From an uncultured Candidatus Poseidoniales archaeon (GTDB lineage: Archaea > Thermoplasmatota > Poseidoniia > Poseidoniales > Thalassarchaeaceae), in assembly GCA_963990035.1 (NCBI GenBank), contig CAXDMJ010000003.1:2974-66973 (forward strand): a stretch of DNA of 64,000 nt, given 5' to 3'. Of the stretch, positions 35,260-45,402 are shown one piece after another. A program made the translations under genes and the position numbers. Below the pieces are notes generated by a model. It made no database searches. It was not told the origin of the DNA and saw only the letters and a list, made by a program, of their open reading frames with translations. The stretch's first letter is position 1; the number at the start of each line of letters is the position of its first letter.

Positions 35260-35979
35260 ATGCAGTCTTCCCCAATAAGCCAAATGACTATTTCAGAGCA
35301 CTTTGTTGAGCTCTACAAAATTATCAAAGTTGGTGCATTTGCGATTATCATCAGTTCATTCATTTTATCCTTTTATATTGATGATTTCATGAGTTATTGG
35401 TTAAAATCTCTAGATTTAGGCAATGAATCATTAGAACTATTCGTATATAGCCCCTATGATTGGATAGATATTAAATGGGCTATATTACTTATTTTTTCTA
35501 TAACAATGGTATCACCTATAGTTAGTATTAAACTACGTAATTTCGCCTTACCTGGATTGTATCCTAATGAGAAAAAATGGTTAACTCTTGTTTTATTTAT
35601 CAGCGCAATAATAATTCCTATTACTATTTTTCTCATTTGGTTTTTAATATTGCCACTTTCAATAGATTTTTTTAATCAAATCAGTATTATTGATGGTATT
35701 GTTGTAAGATATGATGCAGTTTCCATTATTAGTTTAGGAATAGGTGTGTCTTGGGTTCTTGTAATTGGTATTTTTACAGTGATAATTCTTTCATTGTCTA
35801 GATTGTTTGGGTTGGTAGAAGATAGTGAATCTAGGATTAGAATTAGAATTCTTCTTATCAGTTTTTCAATGATATTCCTTACTCTACCAAAAACATATGA
35901 GGGTTTAAGGATAATTATTGCATTTTTCACTGTTTATTTTTCAGATATAATCTCTAGGTTGATGCCCATACATGAATAG
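35260..35979 (+). CDS. tatC: Sec-independent (twin-arginine) translocase subunit TatC-like
   Basis: N-terminal MTISEHFVELYKIIKV (TatC eHl.ELR-like), FALPGLYPNEKKW (PGLY..EK signature) and six hydrophobic helices. ATG 35260 is preferred to the overlapping upstream start. Confidence 0.6.
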   Translation: MQSSPISQMTISEHFVELYKIIKVGAFAIIISSFILSFYIDDFMSYWLKSLDLGNESLELFVYSPYDWIDIKWAILLIFSITMVSPIVSIKLRNFALPGLYPNEKKWLTLVLFISAIIIPITIFLIWFLILPLSIDFFNQISIIDGIVVRYDAVSIISLGIGVSWVLVIGIFTVIILSLSRLFGLVEDSESRIRIRILLISFSMIFLTLPKTYEGLRIIIAFFTVYFSDIISRLMPIHE

Positions 35980-36073
35980 TTTTTCTCAGGATATCAATAA
36001 ATCATAGTAAAAAATCCTAATTTTTATGCATGATTACAACGTATTCAAATCATAGTTTTGTTTAGAGGTTAAT

Positions 36074-38086
36074 ATGAATGCGGCGCGAACGACTATTTCA
36101 GTTGTTATCATAGTGCTTGGTTTGTCTGCAAACATAAACTCAGATATCATCGATGATTGGTTATCAGATCAAATCCCTATCAATGAAAATAATTACGACA
36201 TACTGGTAGGTGTCCAAGATTTAGAAAATTGGTTAGTAATTCCAGTCTCATTCCAAGATGATAGTTTCAATTTAGCCACTGCTAATTCAATTCTTAATGG
36301 TGAAAATTCAGCTCGTTCATATATTCAACAAATTACTAATGGTCAGTCTTCACTCAATGCTACAATTCTTGATGAAGTTTGGATATCATCCAATAAAATC
36401 GAATTTTGGGGTGCTGATGGTGAAATTGAACGAGATTCAGGTTCAGATGGTTTAGGAGTAACAGATTTAGTAGAAAGAGTAGTTAAGGAAACGTTAGCAG
36501 GCAAAGATTTGTCTGCTTGGGATCTTGATAATGACGGTATTTTAGATCGGATATTAATTCTCCATTCAGCGAAGCCTCAAGAAATAGGCGGTGGGTCTAA
36601 TTCAATTTGGAGTCATATGTCTGGTTTAGATGAATCAGTTAAAATTGGTGATTGGTCTATTGAACATTATACTATTGCATCTACTAAATCAGGAATGGGT
36701 ACCCTCGTTCATGAGATGCTTCATCAAATGGGAGCATATGATTTGTATGATGTTCATAGCTCACTACCTACAAGTAATTGGAATGGTATTGGTGATTGGG
36801 GAATAATGGCTAGTGGTAATTGGAATGGTAATGGTGCATCTCCTGCATTTCCTTCTTCAGCGACTCTAGAATTAATTGGAATTAATCGTTCGATAGTAGT
36901 AGATCCAAATATAGGTGGGAATTTTTCTTTGAAACCAATATCTGATGGCGGGGACTCGTTATCTATTGAAATCGCATCTGGTGAGTATATTCGTATAACT
37001 AATAGGGGTGATATAGGATTCGATTCTGCTCTACCCGGATTTGGTATTTTAGTAGAACAGCAAGATATTAACAATGGTGATATTAATAGTAATTTAGTTA
37101 ATACTGATTCTAAAAATGCATGGTTGAAAGTTATTGAGGCAGATGGTGATGATGCTTTAATCCGAAATAAGGATAGTGGTAGTTCGACAGATACTTTTCA
37201 AGTTGGAGATAAATTTGGTAACTTAGATAGTTCTGAAGGAATGCTAATTTATGATAATAGAGGACGATTAGTGACTTGGTTTGCAACACTATCATCATCT
37301 AATAATGATGTAATAATGGTTAATATAACACCAGTTATGCAAATAAATTCTTTCAATGTCATCACGCCAAGGTCTCCTGTCGAATTATTAGATGGTGAAG
37401 TATTATTTGTGGAAGTATGGACCAATGAAATATGTAATCTTTCTATAGATGTTTTTTCCCATAGTAATAATATTATTAATAAAACAATTAATCAATTACC
37501 TCTCGGGACCTCTCTAATTCCGATTATGGATGTAGATGAAAATACTCCTTCAAATGGTAATTTAATTGGGGAAATTGGATGTGATCAAAATAACCAGCGG
37601 CAATTAGATTTAGAATGGCATAAAGTGGGTAATCGTATAATTTCAGATGATTTTTATGCTATTATAGAATATAGTCAAGAAAGTACTATTTCATTTACTC
37701 CTGATTATGAAGGACAAAATGCTAGAATATATAATGTTGAGATTCAAGGAGCGGCTTCACGTATTGCAGATGTAAAAAATGTCAATTCATTGACACCCGG
37801 TGATGATTTATTAATTTCAATTAATCCTGACGGACTTCTTGTTCCTGGAATGATTGCAAGAGGTGAACTGGTTATTGTTGATGATTTTGGTATCGAACTA
37901 AGGATTCCCATAATTTTCGAAGCGAAGTCTTCATTGAATAGTAATACTGCATTTTCATGGCTTTCAGAACCAGGTAATGGTTTGCTCATGATTAGTATAT
38001 TCCTTGCCATCTCGGTATTTACAGGCGGTAAAGAAAAAAAGCGACAAATAATTAATCCAGAATATTCTGATATACCAGATTTCTAA
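36074..38086 (+). CDS. secreted M6-like (immune inhibitor A-like) zinc metalloprotease with C-terminal TM anchor
   Basis: Signal-like N-terminus. GTLVHEMLHQMGAYDLYD (HExxH followed by DLYD, as in M6 peptidases). C-terminal helix LLMISIFLAISVFTGG then KEKKRQ. Confidence 0.65.
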   Translation: MNAARTTISVVIIVLGLSANINSDIIDDWLSDQIPINENNYDILVGVQDLENWLVIPVSFQDDSFNLATANSILNGENSARSYIQQITNGQSSLNATILDEVWISSNKIEFWGADGEIERDSGSDGLGVTDLVERVVKETLAGKDLSAWDLDNDGILDRILILHSAKPQEIGGGSNSIWSHMSGLDESVKIGDWSIEHYTIASTKSGMGTLVHEMLHQMGAYDLYDVHSSLPTSNWNGIGDWGIMASGNWNGNGASPAFPSSATLELIGINRSIVVDPNIGGNFSLKPISDGGDSLSIEIASGEYIRITNRGDIGFDSALPGFGILVEQQDINNGDINSNLVNTDSKNAWLKVIEADGDDALIRNKDSGSSTDTFQVGDKFGNLDSSEGMLIYDNRGRLVTWFATLSSSNNDVIMVNITPVMQINSFNVITPRSPVELLDGEVLFVEVWTNEICNLSIDVFSHSNNIINKTINQLPLGTSLIPIMDVDENTPSNGNLIGEIGCDQNNQRQLDLEWHKVGNRIISDDFYAIIEYSQESTISFTPDYEGQNARIYNVEIQGAASRIADVKNVNSLTPGDDLLISINPDGLLVPGMIARGELVIVDDFGIELRIPIIFEAKSSLNSNTAFSWLSEPGNGLLMISIFLAISVFTGGKEKKRQIINPEYSDIPDF

Positions 38087-38088
38087 TT

Positions 38089-39102
38089 TTATTTTTTAAT
38101 TGGATTAGTCCATCTTGAATTAGCAGCGGGTCGTACAATTCCTAAGTATTTCCATTTTTCTTCATGTTTCAAGGGTTGTAACCAAATCTTATTAACTCCT
38201 GACGCTAATCTTGATGCTAAACAAGCACTTTCCCAATTCATTATTTTATTAGAAGGATTAACTACCAACCATGGTGCATGATCTGTACCTATTTTTTGCT
38301 CATAGCATCGCCATAATGTCCCATACTTGAATCCGGGTCTAGGGTGTAATCCTCTCATAAGAAGGTCATATAATACACTTGTATCTCGTGAATAATCTTC
38401 TTCTAATACAGTAAATAATTCATTTGTAATTTTATCAATTATTCTTCCGTTATCATAATCTATTCCAATCTGTTCACAGGGCCAATTACTACCATAATGT
38501 ACGAATATTTTATCATTATCAATAATAGTTTTTTTATATTTTGAAATTGTTTCTAAAATCTGATATGTGGGGGGAAGTAATTCTCCTCTAGGTTCTTCTA
38601 CAGTGATATTGTATGTGACAACTGCCTGCTCATTATCTACAATTAGTACTTCTGCCTTATGCCCTTGTTGGCTAACTGCAATAGCCCATGATAGCAAATT
38701 TTCTCTATCTATCATCTCGGATGAGTGGAACCATCTTACTTCTGCTTCTGGTAAATCTTTTCTAGGGTGATTACTTGAATTCCATCTGACTCCCCATGTA
38801 TCATTATGATGTAGGAATTTAGAATTATTTTCTATGAATTTAGTTAACATTAATTTATTTCCAGGGACTCTTAATGCTTCAACTACTATTGATTCATTAA
38901 TTAAGTTTGGATTTTTTGAAATTTCTTCTTCAAACCAGTTTTCACTTGGCCAGTCTAGATGTCTATGATTATGACAAAAAATTACTTCAGATGCAGATAA
39001 AAGTAGCTGATTATTGTTTATTTTCTTACCAATTGCTGATTTATTCCATAATCTTTCACTAGCAGAGCCAGAATATAACCAATCGTCTTTGTATGCCTCC
39101 AT
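38089..39102 (-). CDS. endA: tRNA-splicing endonuclease (two-repeat, homodimer-type)
   Basis: C-terminal catalytic block RPGFKYGTLWRCYE...TDHAPWLVV...RLASGVNKIWL matches the G-(F/L)-K-(F/Y)-G...Y...H(S/A)...K pattern. A degenerate N-terminal repeat gives 337 aa. Confidence 0.65.
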   Translation of the reverse strand: MEAYKDDWLYSGSASERLWNKSAIGKKINNNQLLLSASEVIFCHNHRHLDWPSENWFEEEISKNPNLINESIVVEALRVPGNKLMLTKFIENNSKFLHHNDTWGVRWNSSNHPRKDLPEAEVRWFHSSEMIDRENLLSWAIAVSQQGHKAEVLIVDNEQAVVTYNITVEEPRGELLPPTYQILETISKYKKTIIDNDKIFVHYGSNWPCEQIGIDYDNGRIIDKITNELFTVLEEDYSRDTSVLYDLLMRGLHPRPGFKYGTLWRCYEQKIGTDHAPWLVVNPSNKIMNWESACLASRLASGVNKIWLQPLKHEEKWKYLGIVRPAANSRWTNPIKK

Positions 39103-39104
39103 GA

Positions 39105-40235
39105 ATGTACGAGGAGGTTCTTGTTTTCATGTCAACGGTTGCAAAATATCATTCATGTGGTAATACTCGGCAGTATGATAATATGGATGAGGCGCCGCGA
39201 GAAAGGGTAAAAATATTGAAAGATTTAAGGGTTCTTTTAGACAAAATGGACTCTTCCAAAGTCACACTAATTGGTGATATAATGTTAGATAGATATCATC
39301 ATGGTTATTCTAATAGGCTTATTTCTACTGCCCCAGTTCCAGTATTGAAAATTCTTCGTTCTGAAGAATCTCCTGGTGCTGCTGCACATATTGCCAGAGG
39401 TCTTGGATCACTAGGTCTGGATGTTTCTATTTTTTCATGTGTTGGAGACGATAGAGAAGGTGAATTTATTAAAAATCAGTTTTTATCTGATGGTTTGCCA
39501 ATCGATGGTATTGAAACTGTAAAAAACCGTCAAACATTAACGAAAATAAGATTCTTTGGCAGCCGACAGAGCCTTCTCGATAAATCTCAAATTCTTTTAC
39601 AGGCAGATAGAGAATCTCTTGAAGAATTAGATATTGAAGTAAGCAATCGTCTTGTAGAAAAAACTTTACAATCAATACCCGATAGTTGTGCTCTTGTCAT
39701 TTCCGATTATGATAAAGGTGTACTTACAGATATTGGTTCCCAGAAACTAATTCAATGTGCTAAAGAAAATTCTATTCCTTCAATTGTAGATCCTAAATTA
39801 ACTGGTCTTGAAAGAAGTCGTGGCGCTACTGTAGTTCTTTTCGAAATTAGAGGTCTTGATTTGTTAAGAAGGAGGCTAATGTTGGATAGCGCTGAAGAGG
39901 CTGCTTTTAGTTTAATTAAACAATATAATTGGGATTCTTTGATAGTATTAGGTGGGGTTGATGGAGTGACATTGTATGAATCAGATGGGAATATCGAATT
40001 TATTGCTTGTTCTGCCCCCTCTCCTTCGCAACAAATTGGGCTTCATGATGCTGCGGCAACTGCTTTAGCTGCCGCTTTGGGTAATCAATTCCCTATGTCG
40101 TCAGCGGTTGTTCTGGCTGCAGCTGCTTGTGAGTGTGTTCTTACTGCACAGTCCAGTCATGAATTTGTTAACCGTCGAACATTAGGTCTATGGCTAGATG
40201 AATTATCTTGGCAAATGCAGATATCAGATAGATGA
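39105..40235 (+). CDS. PfkB/ribokinase-family sugar kinase, RfaE (heptose-7-P kinase) domain-I-like
   Basis: VTLIGDIMLDRYHHGYSNRLISTAPVPVLKI resembles the RfaE/HldE kinase N-terminus. The C-terminus has a PfkB-like GLHDAAATALAAAL. The true start may be ATG 39183, which leaves room for divergent promoters with endA. Confidence 0.5.
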   Translation: MYEEVLVFMSTVAKYHSCGNTRQYDNMDEAPRERVKILKDLRVLLDKMDSSKVTLIGDIMLDRYHHGYSNRLISTAPVPVLKILRSEESPGAAAHIARGLGSLGLDVSIFSCVGDDREGEFIKNQFLSDGLPIDGIETVKNRQTLTKIRFFGSRQSLLDKSQILLQADRESLEELDIEVSNRLVEKTLQSIPDSCALVISDYDKGVLTDIGSQKLIQCAKENSIPSIVDPKLTGLERSRGATVVLFEIRGLDLLRRRLMLDSAEEAAFSLIKQYNWDSLIVLGGVDGVTLYESDGNIEFIACSAPSPSQQIGLHDAAATALAAALGNQFPMSSAVVLAAAACECVLTAQSSHEFVNRRTLGLWLDELSWQMQISDR

Positions 40236-40288
40236 TATTTGATTCATTTATGTATTAGGTTCAATAATATAACGTTCTTCCAAGGCAT

Positions 40289-41767
40289 GTGAGAGTAATA
40301 TTCCTAGGTGTAATTTTATCCTCCCTAATTATTTTTTCTTTGGATTCAGTTGTTGCTGATTCTGAAGATCTAGATATTTCAGTAGGCTTTGATTTTGAAT
40401 TTGGTGTAATAGTTGACAGTGAAGAAATATTATCTGGTACAATAATAAGTTCACGAGAAGATGTCATTATTTCATGGGATATTCAAAATTCTACAGGTTT
40501 CAAATATAATTGGGGTTCTTTTAATGATTTATCTGAAAATTTAGTGCCGATTAGTGAAGATTATTTCATATTAAACTGGGAAATCACTATTGATTCGAAG
40601 GATTACTACTCTTGTTCATGTATATTTAATATATATGTTGAACTCGAAGATAAAATTATTTTCGAACAAAATATGCCTTTTTTCATATCTAATAGCGATT
40701 ATACCTCTGATTCAATTCATGCAATTCTAGTTTCAAATCCTAGTGACTTAGATTGGATAAAAGGAGATTTAAAAATCGAAGGTCAAATTAGTGATATTTA
40801 TGGGAATCAACCGTCATCAATTCAACTTTATTTGAAACGTTATGTTACTTTTACAGAGACATGCAATAGTGGTATCTCGTATGATGAAGAAAATACGATA
40901 TATCCGTTATATAATGATAACAGTGATTTTTCTTATCAATTAGATTTGAATACTAAACCTGATGGTTGGTATGAGTTAGTGATTTTAATCCCATCTAATG
41001 AATCTTTTAATCAGTATGATGTTTCATGTTTGTCACTTAAATTGAATAATCTTGCACCAATTATTTCAATATTAAATGAACCATCTAATCAATCTGAAGA
41101 TAATTTGATGTTAATAATTGATGCCTCAACATCTGAAGATCCGATTTGGTCTGAAGATGAATTGTACTATGTCTGGACCTGTACCAGTTCTGATAGTAGT
41201 GAAATAATAGTTTCTGAAGGTTACAATAATGGTATTTTCGAATTAGATGCTCGTAATTCTGCCGATTATATAGTTAAGATAGAAGTCATGGATGAAGGAG
41301 GTTTATCTTCAACAGATGAATTTTATTTCACAATATCAAATGTGCTACCATCTTCATTGCTATTCATTAATGGATTAGAGATTTTTGATGGTGATGAAAT
41401 GAAAATTGTAGATCTTGAAAATATTCAAATAGATGGTTCTTCATCTACAGATTCCATAAACGATATCGATAATTTAAGGTGTATTTGGTCAATTAATGGT
41501 GTCACAATATATGAGGGATGTGATAGGAAATTAGTCTGGCCAGAGAATATAATTAATGAGAAGGAATTAGTACTCAGACTTGATGTAATGGATAATGATG
41601 GCGAATATTCTTCTGTATCTGTTAAACTGATTAATTCTAATGTTGCTAATGATTTGCCTTATCCTCTTATTGCACTATTCATTTCATTCCTTTTTTTGGT
41701 ATCCACAGTATTCTATAGATTCAAGAAAGATAATGATAGTTCATCTATTCCTAAATGGAATAAATGA
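40289..41767 (+). CDS. secreted protein with PKD-like repeats and C-terminal TM anchor (hypothetical)
   Basis: GTG start with signal-like VIFLGVILSSLIIFSLDSVVA. IIDASTSEDP...YYVWTC and IQIDGSSSTDS...LRCIWSINGV are PKD-like. C-terminal helix PLIALFISFLFLVSTVFY. Confidence 0.55.
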   Translation: MRVIFLGVILSSLIIFSLDSVVADSEDLDISVGFDFEFGVIVDSEEILSGTIISSREDVIISWDIQNSTGFKYNWGSFNDLSENLVPISEDYFILNWEITIDSKDYYSCSCIFNIYVELEDKIIFEQNMPFFISNSDYTSDSIHAILVSNPSDLDWIKGDLKIEGQISDIYGNQPSSIQLYLKRYVTFTETCNSGISYDEENTIYPLYNDNSDFSYQLDLNTKPDGWYELVILIPSNESFNQYDVSCLSLKLNNLAPIISILNEPSNQSEDNLMLIIDASTSEDPIWSEDELYYVWTCTSSDSSEIIVSEGYNNGIFELDARNSADYIVKIEVMDEGGLSSTDEFYFTISNVLPSSLLFINGLEIFDGDEMKIVDLENIQIDGSSSTDSINDIDNLRCIWSINGVTIYEGCDRKLVWPENIINEKELVLRLDVMDNDGEYSSVSVKLINSNVANDLPYPLIALFISFLFLVSTVFYRFKKDNDSSSIPKWNK

Positions 41768-41816
41768 AAATAGTATATTACACAAATAGATAAGAGATGC
41801 CCATCTCCATCTTATT

Positions 41817-43145
41817 ATGGGAACTGCGAGTAGACTTCCACTTCCTTATGATGATTACAAAAAACGTCAAGAAGTTTTTTTTGAAGATATACCCGAAGAT
41901 TCTTTGATTTTAATATCTACTAATCCTATCTGTTATCGTTCTAATGATACGACATTTCCATATCGTGCAAGTTCATACATGCTTTACTTATGCGGCTGGA
42001 AAGACCCTGATGCAATATTTATGGCGTATCATAAATCAGGTTCTTGGGTCACATCTATTTTTGTTCAGCCTAGGGATACTAAAGCAGAGATTTGGGAAGG
42101 GAGAAGAGTTGGAACAGAGGGAGCTTCATCGTATTGGCCTATCGATGTAGCCTATTCAATATCTGATATGGGAACAATAATTTCAGAAAAAATTGATAAT
42201 TGTAAAAAGATTTATTCTATTCCCGAACTTAATACCAAGTTAGATAAAATTATTCAATCATCTACCCTAGAAGTTATTGATCCTAAAGTCATTTTAGATG
42301 AGATGCGTGTTATTAAGTCAGATAATGAGATTAAATTAATGCAAGAATCAGCGTCATTGGCTTCACAGGCTCACATTGAGGGTATGAAACAAAGTTTCTC
42401 TGGAATTGGTGAATGGAAAATACAATCAATTATTGAAGCTTATTTCTCCTCGAACAAAAGTTGTGCAAGTTATGGTTCTATAGTTGGAGGTGGTGATAAT
42501 GCAACTATTTTACATTATCATTCTAATAATTCAATTATTAAAGATGGAGATTTAGTTTTAGTCGATGCAGGATGTGAAGTAGAGGGATATGCCTCGGATA
42601 TTACTAGGACTTGGCCAGTTAATGGGAAATTCAGTGATTCTCAGAAAGAGATCTATAATCTAGTATTAGAGGCAGAAATAGCAGCTATTGAAGCATGTAA
42701 AGTTGGATCTCCTTGGAGTTCATCGCATCATGCAGCATCAAAAGTAATTGCTGAAGGATTAATTAAACTAGGGGTTTTAAATTGTACTTTAGATGAAGCA
42801 TTGGGCGAAAATTATGACGGTCCGTATAGAAACTTCTTCATGCATGGCACTAGTCATTCTTTAGGTCTTGATGTACATGATGTTGGTGGAGGTAGGCAAG
42901 GTGATAAGGGTCCTCAAAGAATATTACAAGCAGGTATGGTGCTAACTGTTGAACCAGGACTTTATTTCGGAAACTGGAGAGAAGATATTGAGATTCCAAT
43001 CAGATATTCAGGAATTGGAATTCGTATAGAAGATGATATCCTTATTACTGAAAAAGGTCCTATTGTTTTAACATCAGCTTGTCCAAAAGAGATTTCAGAT
43101 ATAGAAGCATTAATTGGTAAAGGTTTGAGTGAGAATAATGCGTAG
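41817..43145 (+). CDS. pepP: Xaa-Pro aminopeptidase (M24B)
   Basis: VLVDAGCEVEGYASDITRTWP, HGTSHSLGLDVHD, LTVEPGLY and GIRIEDD are the M24B metal-ligand blocks. Confidence 0.85.
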   Translation: MGTASRLPLPYDDYKKRQEVFFEDIPEDSLILISTNPICYRSNDTTFPYRASSYMLYLCGWKDPDAIFMAYHKSGSWVTSIFVQPRDTKAEIWEGRRVGTEGASSYWPIDVAYSISDMGTIISEKIDNCKKIYSIPELNTKLDKIIQSSTLEVIDPKVILDEMRVIKSDNEIKLMQESASLASQAHIEGMKQSFSGIGEWKIQSIIEAYFSSNKSCASYGSIVGGGDNATILHYHSNNSIIKDGDLVLVDAGCEVEGYASDITRTWPVNGKFSDSQKEIYNLVLEAEIAAIEACKVGSPWSSSHHAASKVIAEGLIKLGVLNCTLDEALGENYDGPYRNFFMHGTSHSLGLDVHDVGGGRQGDKGPQRILQAGMVLTVEPGLYFGNWREDIEIPIRYSGIGIRIEDDILITEKGPIVLTSACPKEISDIEALIGKGLSENNA

Positions 43146-44307
43146 TTGGAAAGATATACTCTTAGAGCAGTTATCCAATAACCCCCCTCGACTCACGGTT
43201 GATGATGCTACAATATTATATGAAGAAGCAGATATTAATGATTTGATGTTTACTTCTCTTGAAAGAAGAAAAAAACAAGTGCCTGGTGGTTTAGTTACTT
43301 ACTTAGTTGATCGTAATATTAATTATACAAATATCTGTACAATTAATTGTCAGTTTTGTTCTTTTTATAGGCCTCCGGGTCACTCTGAAGTTTATACTCA
43401 AACATTTGAACAAATAAGTGAAAGAATATCTGAGTTAGAAGATATAGGTGGTTCAAGAATCCTTATGCAAGGAGGTGTAAATCCAGACTTGGGTCTCGAT
43501 TGGTATTTGGATTTAATATCTAATATCCGCGAAAAACATCCGACTATCTCTCTAGATTGCTTTTCGCCCATCGAAATAGAAGGAATAGCGGATGTTTGTG
43601 GATTGAGTACTTTTGACGTCCTCAAACAGTTATCTGATGTAGGAATGCACGGTCTACCTGGCGGAGGAGCAGAAATGCTTGTTGATGATGTCAGACTTGA
43701 TATATCGCCTAAGAAAGGTTCAGCAGATAATTGGTTAAGAGTTATGTCTGAAGCTCAAGAACTAGGACTTACAACATCTGCAACAAATGTTTTCGGTTTT
43801 GGTGAGACTGATCATCATAGAGTTTTGCATATGGAGAGAATTAGAATTATGCAAGATAATGCTCATTCATTGGGTAGAGTAGGTTTCACTTCATTTGTTG
43901 CTTGGCCAGTCCAATTAGAAAACAATTCTTTTGGTAAAAGAAATAGAGGTCGTAATAGAATAGAATTAGGAGCCGGCCCTGTAGAATACTTACGGCATAT
44001 ATCCGTCTCTCGCCTATTCTTTGATAACATAAGTCACATTCAAGCTTCTTGGCCTACAATGGGTTTAGGAGTTGCTCAGATGGCAATTTTAGCCGGTGCT
44101 GATGATGCAGGCTCAACAATGATGGAGGAAAATGTAGTTTCAGCATCAGGTACTAAGAAAACATTAGCTAAGGAAGAGGAATTGCAAGGTTCAATATTTA
44201 GAGCAGGATTTACACCCATTAAGAGAAATTCCGATTATAATCATCTCGAAACATCAATAATTGAACATAAAAATTTAGTAGCAACTATACCTATTCAAAA
44301 TCAATAA
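43129..44307 (+). CDS. radical SAM enzyme of the MqnC/MqnE/CofH family (futalosine-pathway menaquinone biosynthesis-like)
   Basis: NINYTNICTINCQFCSFYR (CxxxCxxC cluster in the family-typical context), GLPGGGAEML and LDISPKK. Size 392 aa. Confidence 0.6.
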   Translation: MRIMRSWKDILLEQLSNNPPRLTVDDATILYEEADINDLMFTSLERRKKQVPGGLVTYLVDRNINYTNICTINCQFCSFYRPPGHSEVYTQTFEQISERISELEDIGGSRILMQGGVNPDLGLDWYLDLISNIREKHPTISLDCFSPIEIEGIADVCGLSTFDVLKQLSDVGMHGLPGGGAEMLVDDVRLDISPKKGSADNWLRVMSEAQELGLTTSATNVFGFGETDHHRVLHMERIRIMQDNAHSLGRVGFTSFVAWPVQLENNSFGKRNRGRNRIELGAGPVEYLRHISVSRLFFDNISHIQASWPTMGLGVAQMAILAGADDAGSTMMEENVVSASGTKKTLAKEEELQGSIFRAGFTPIKRNSDYNHLETSIIEHKNLVATIPIQNQ

Positions 44308-45398
44308 TCTGAGAGCTCTAATCTTCCACTCTTAACTGGTAATGTTTCAATATCAATTTTATGATGGTAGTTATCCATTATCAGAGGTCTAACCCATTTC
44401 ATTTTAGTGCCATTATTACTATCGAATTCAAGAATAATTTCCCAATGAACTGCTATAAGTCCTGAGTATATTGAACCTGGCCATAATTCTTCGGGACCAC
44501 GTAAAATAATATCGTCACCACTCCTTTCGGCTAAGTCAACCCATACCCCAGGAGAGAGAACTCTCATAGGTTCCAACATCATTAATCTCCTATGTGCGAC
44601 GGTCATTGGTGTTGATTCCCCAACCCCTGTTCCTAGTTCTTCCCCTGTCGTTATTCTTCTTCCTGGTAATGCGGTAGACATTCCTGGAATTGTTTGCTCA
44701 CCTTCATTTTTCCCTTGTGATTCTAATATCATTCTTCTTTCAGGGACTGCGATTCCAACTTGTATTCTCGCTCTCTTTATTTGGAGTTCTTTAGGTATTT
44801 TTAATTTAGATATTTTTATTTCATTTATGCTTTTTTCCAGTATTATTTCCGGTGGTTCAATTGGATTTTTAATTAATTGATTTTGTCTTCTTATATCTCT
44901 CATGTTTGCTATCATTCTGAAAAATATTGGTGAGATAAATATTGGGAATGCGATAAAGAGAAATAATGGATAATCTAGTTGACCTATTCTAATTGAATAA
45001 CTTAAGATATCTAATATTGGTAAAATATATTTGATTTCTTTGATAGCCGGTGTAATTGCTCTCAGAAATAAGGTGGATATTATCAAAACAACAGCGGGAG
45101 TAATCATTTTTCTTGCCCTATAATGCATAGGGTCAGGATCAATGTACCATCCGTTACGAGTTCTCATTAAGAATGGAAAAGTTTCCTTAGAAACCTCTCC
45201 CTTTATCTTTGGTAGTCCCTTATCACCTTCTTTTATTCTTCTCCATTCTACAACCCAATCTTTCTCTTCACCAATCTTAAATGATGGAGGTGGAGTATTT
45301 TCTGATACCAAAATAACCTCAATTATTGGAATTTCACTTGGAATCATATCAGAGTGTTCGAAAGGTGGATAACGAATTCGTTGTACTGATTCCTCCAC
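44301..45398 (-). CDS. hypothetical membrane protein
   Basis: 365-aa ORF with 3-4 central hydrophobic helices (ITPAVVLIISTLFL, YPLFLFIAFPIFISPIFF). No recognised motif. Confidence 0.45.
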   Translation of the reverse strand: MEESVQRIRYPPFEHSDMIPSEIPIIEVILVSENTPPPSFKIGEEKDWVVEWRRIKEGDKGLPKIKGEVSKETFPFLMRTRNGWYIDPDPMHYRARKMITPAVVLIISTLFLRAITPAIKEIKYILPILDILSYSIRIGQLDYPLFLFIAFPIFISPIFFRMIANMRDIRRQNQLIKNPIEPPEIILEKSINEIKISKLKIPKELQIKRARIQVGIAVPERRMILESQGKNEGEQTIPGMSTALPGRRITTGEELGTGVGESTPMTVAHRRLMMLEPMRVLSPGVWVDLAERSGDDIILRGPEELWPGSIYSGLIAVHWEIILEFDSNNGTKMKWVRPLIMDNYHHKIDIETLPVKSGRLELSDY

Positions 45399-45402
45399 TT
45401 AA

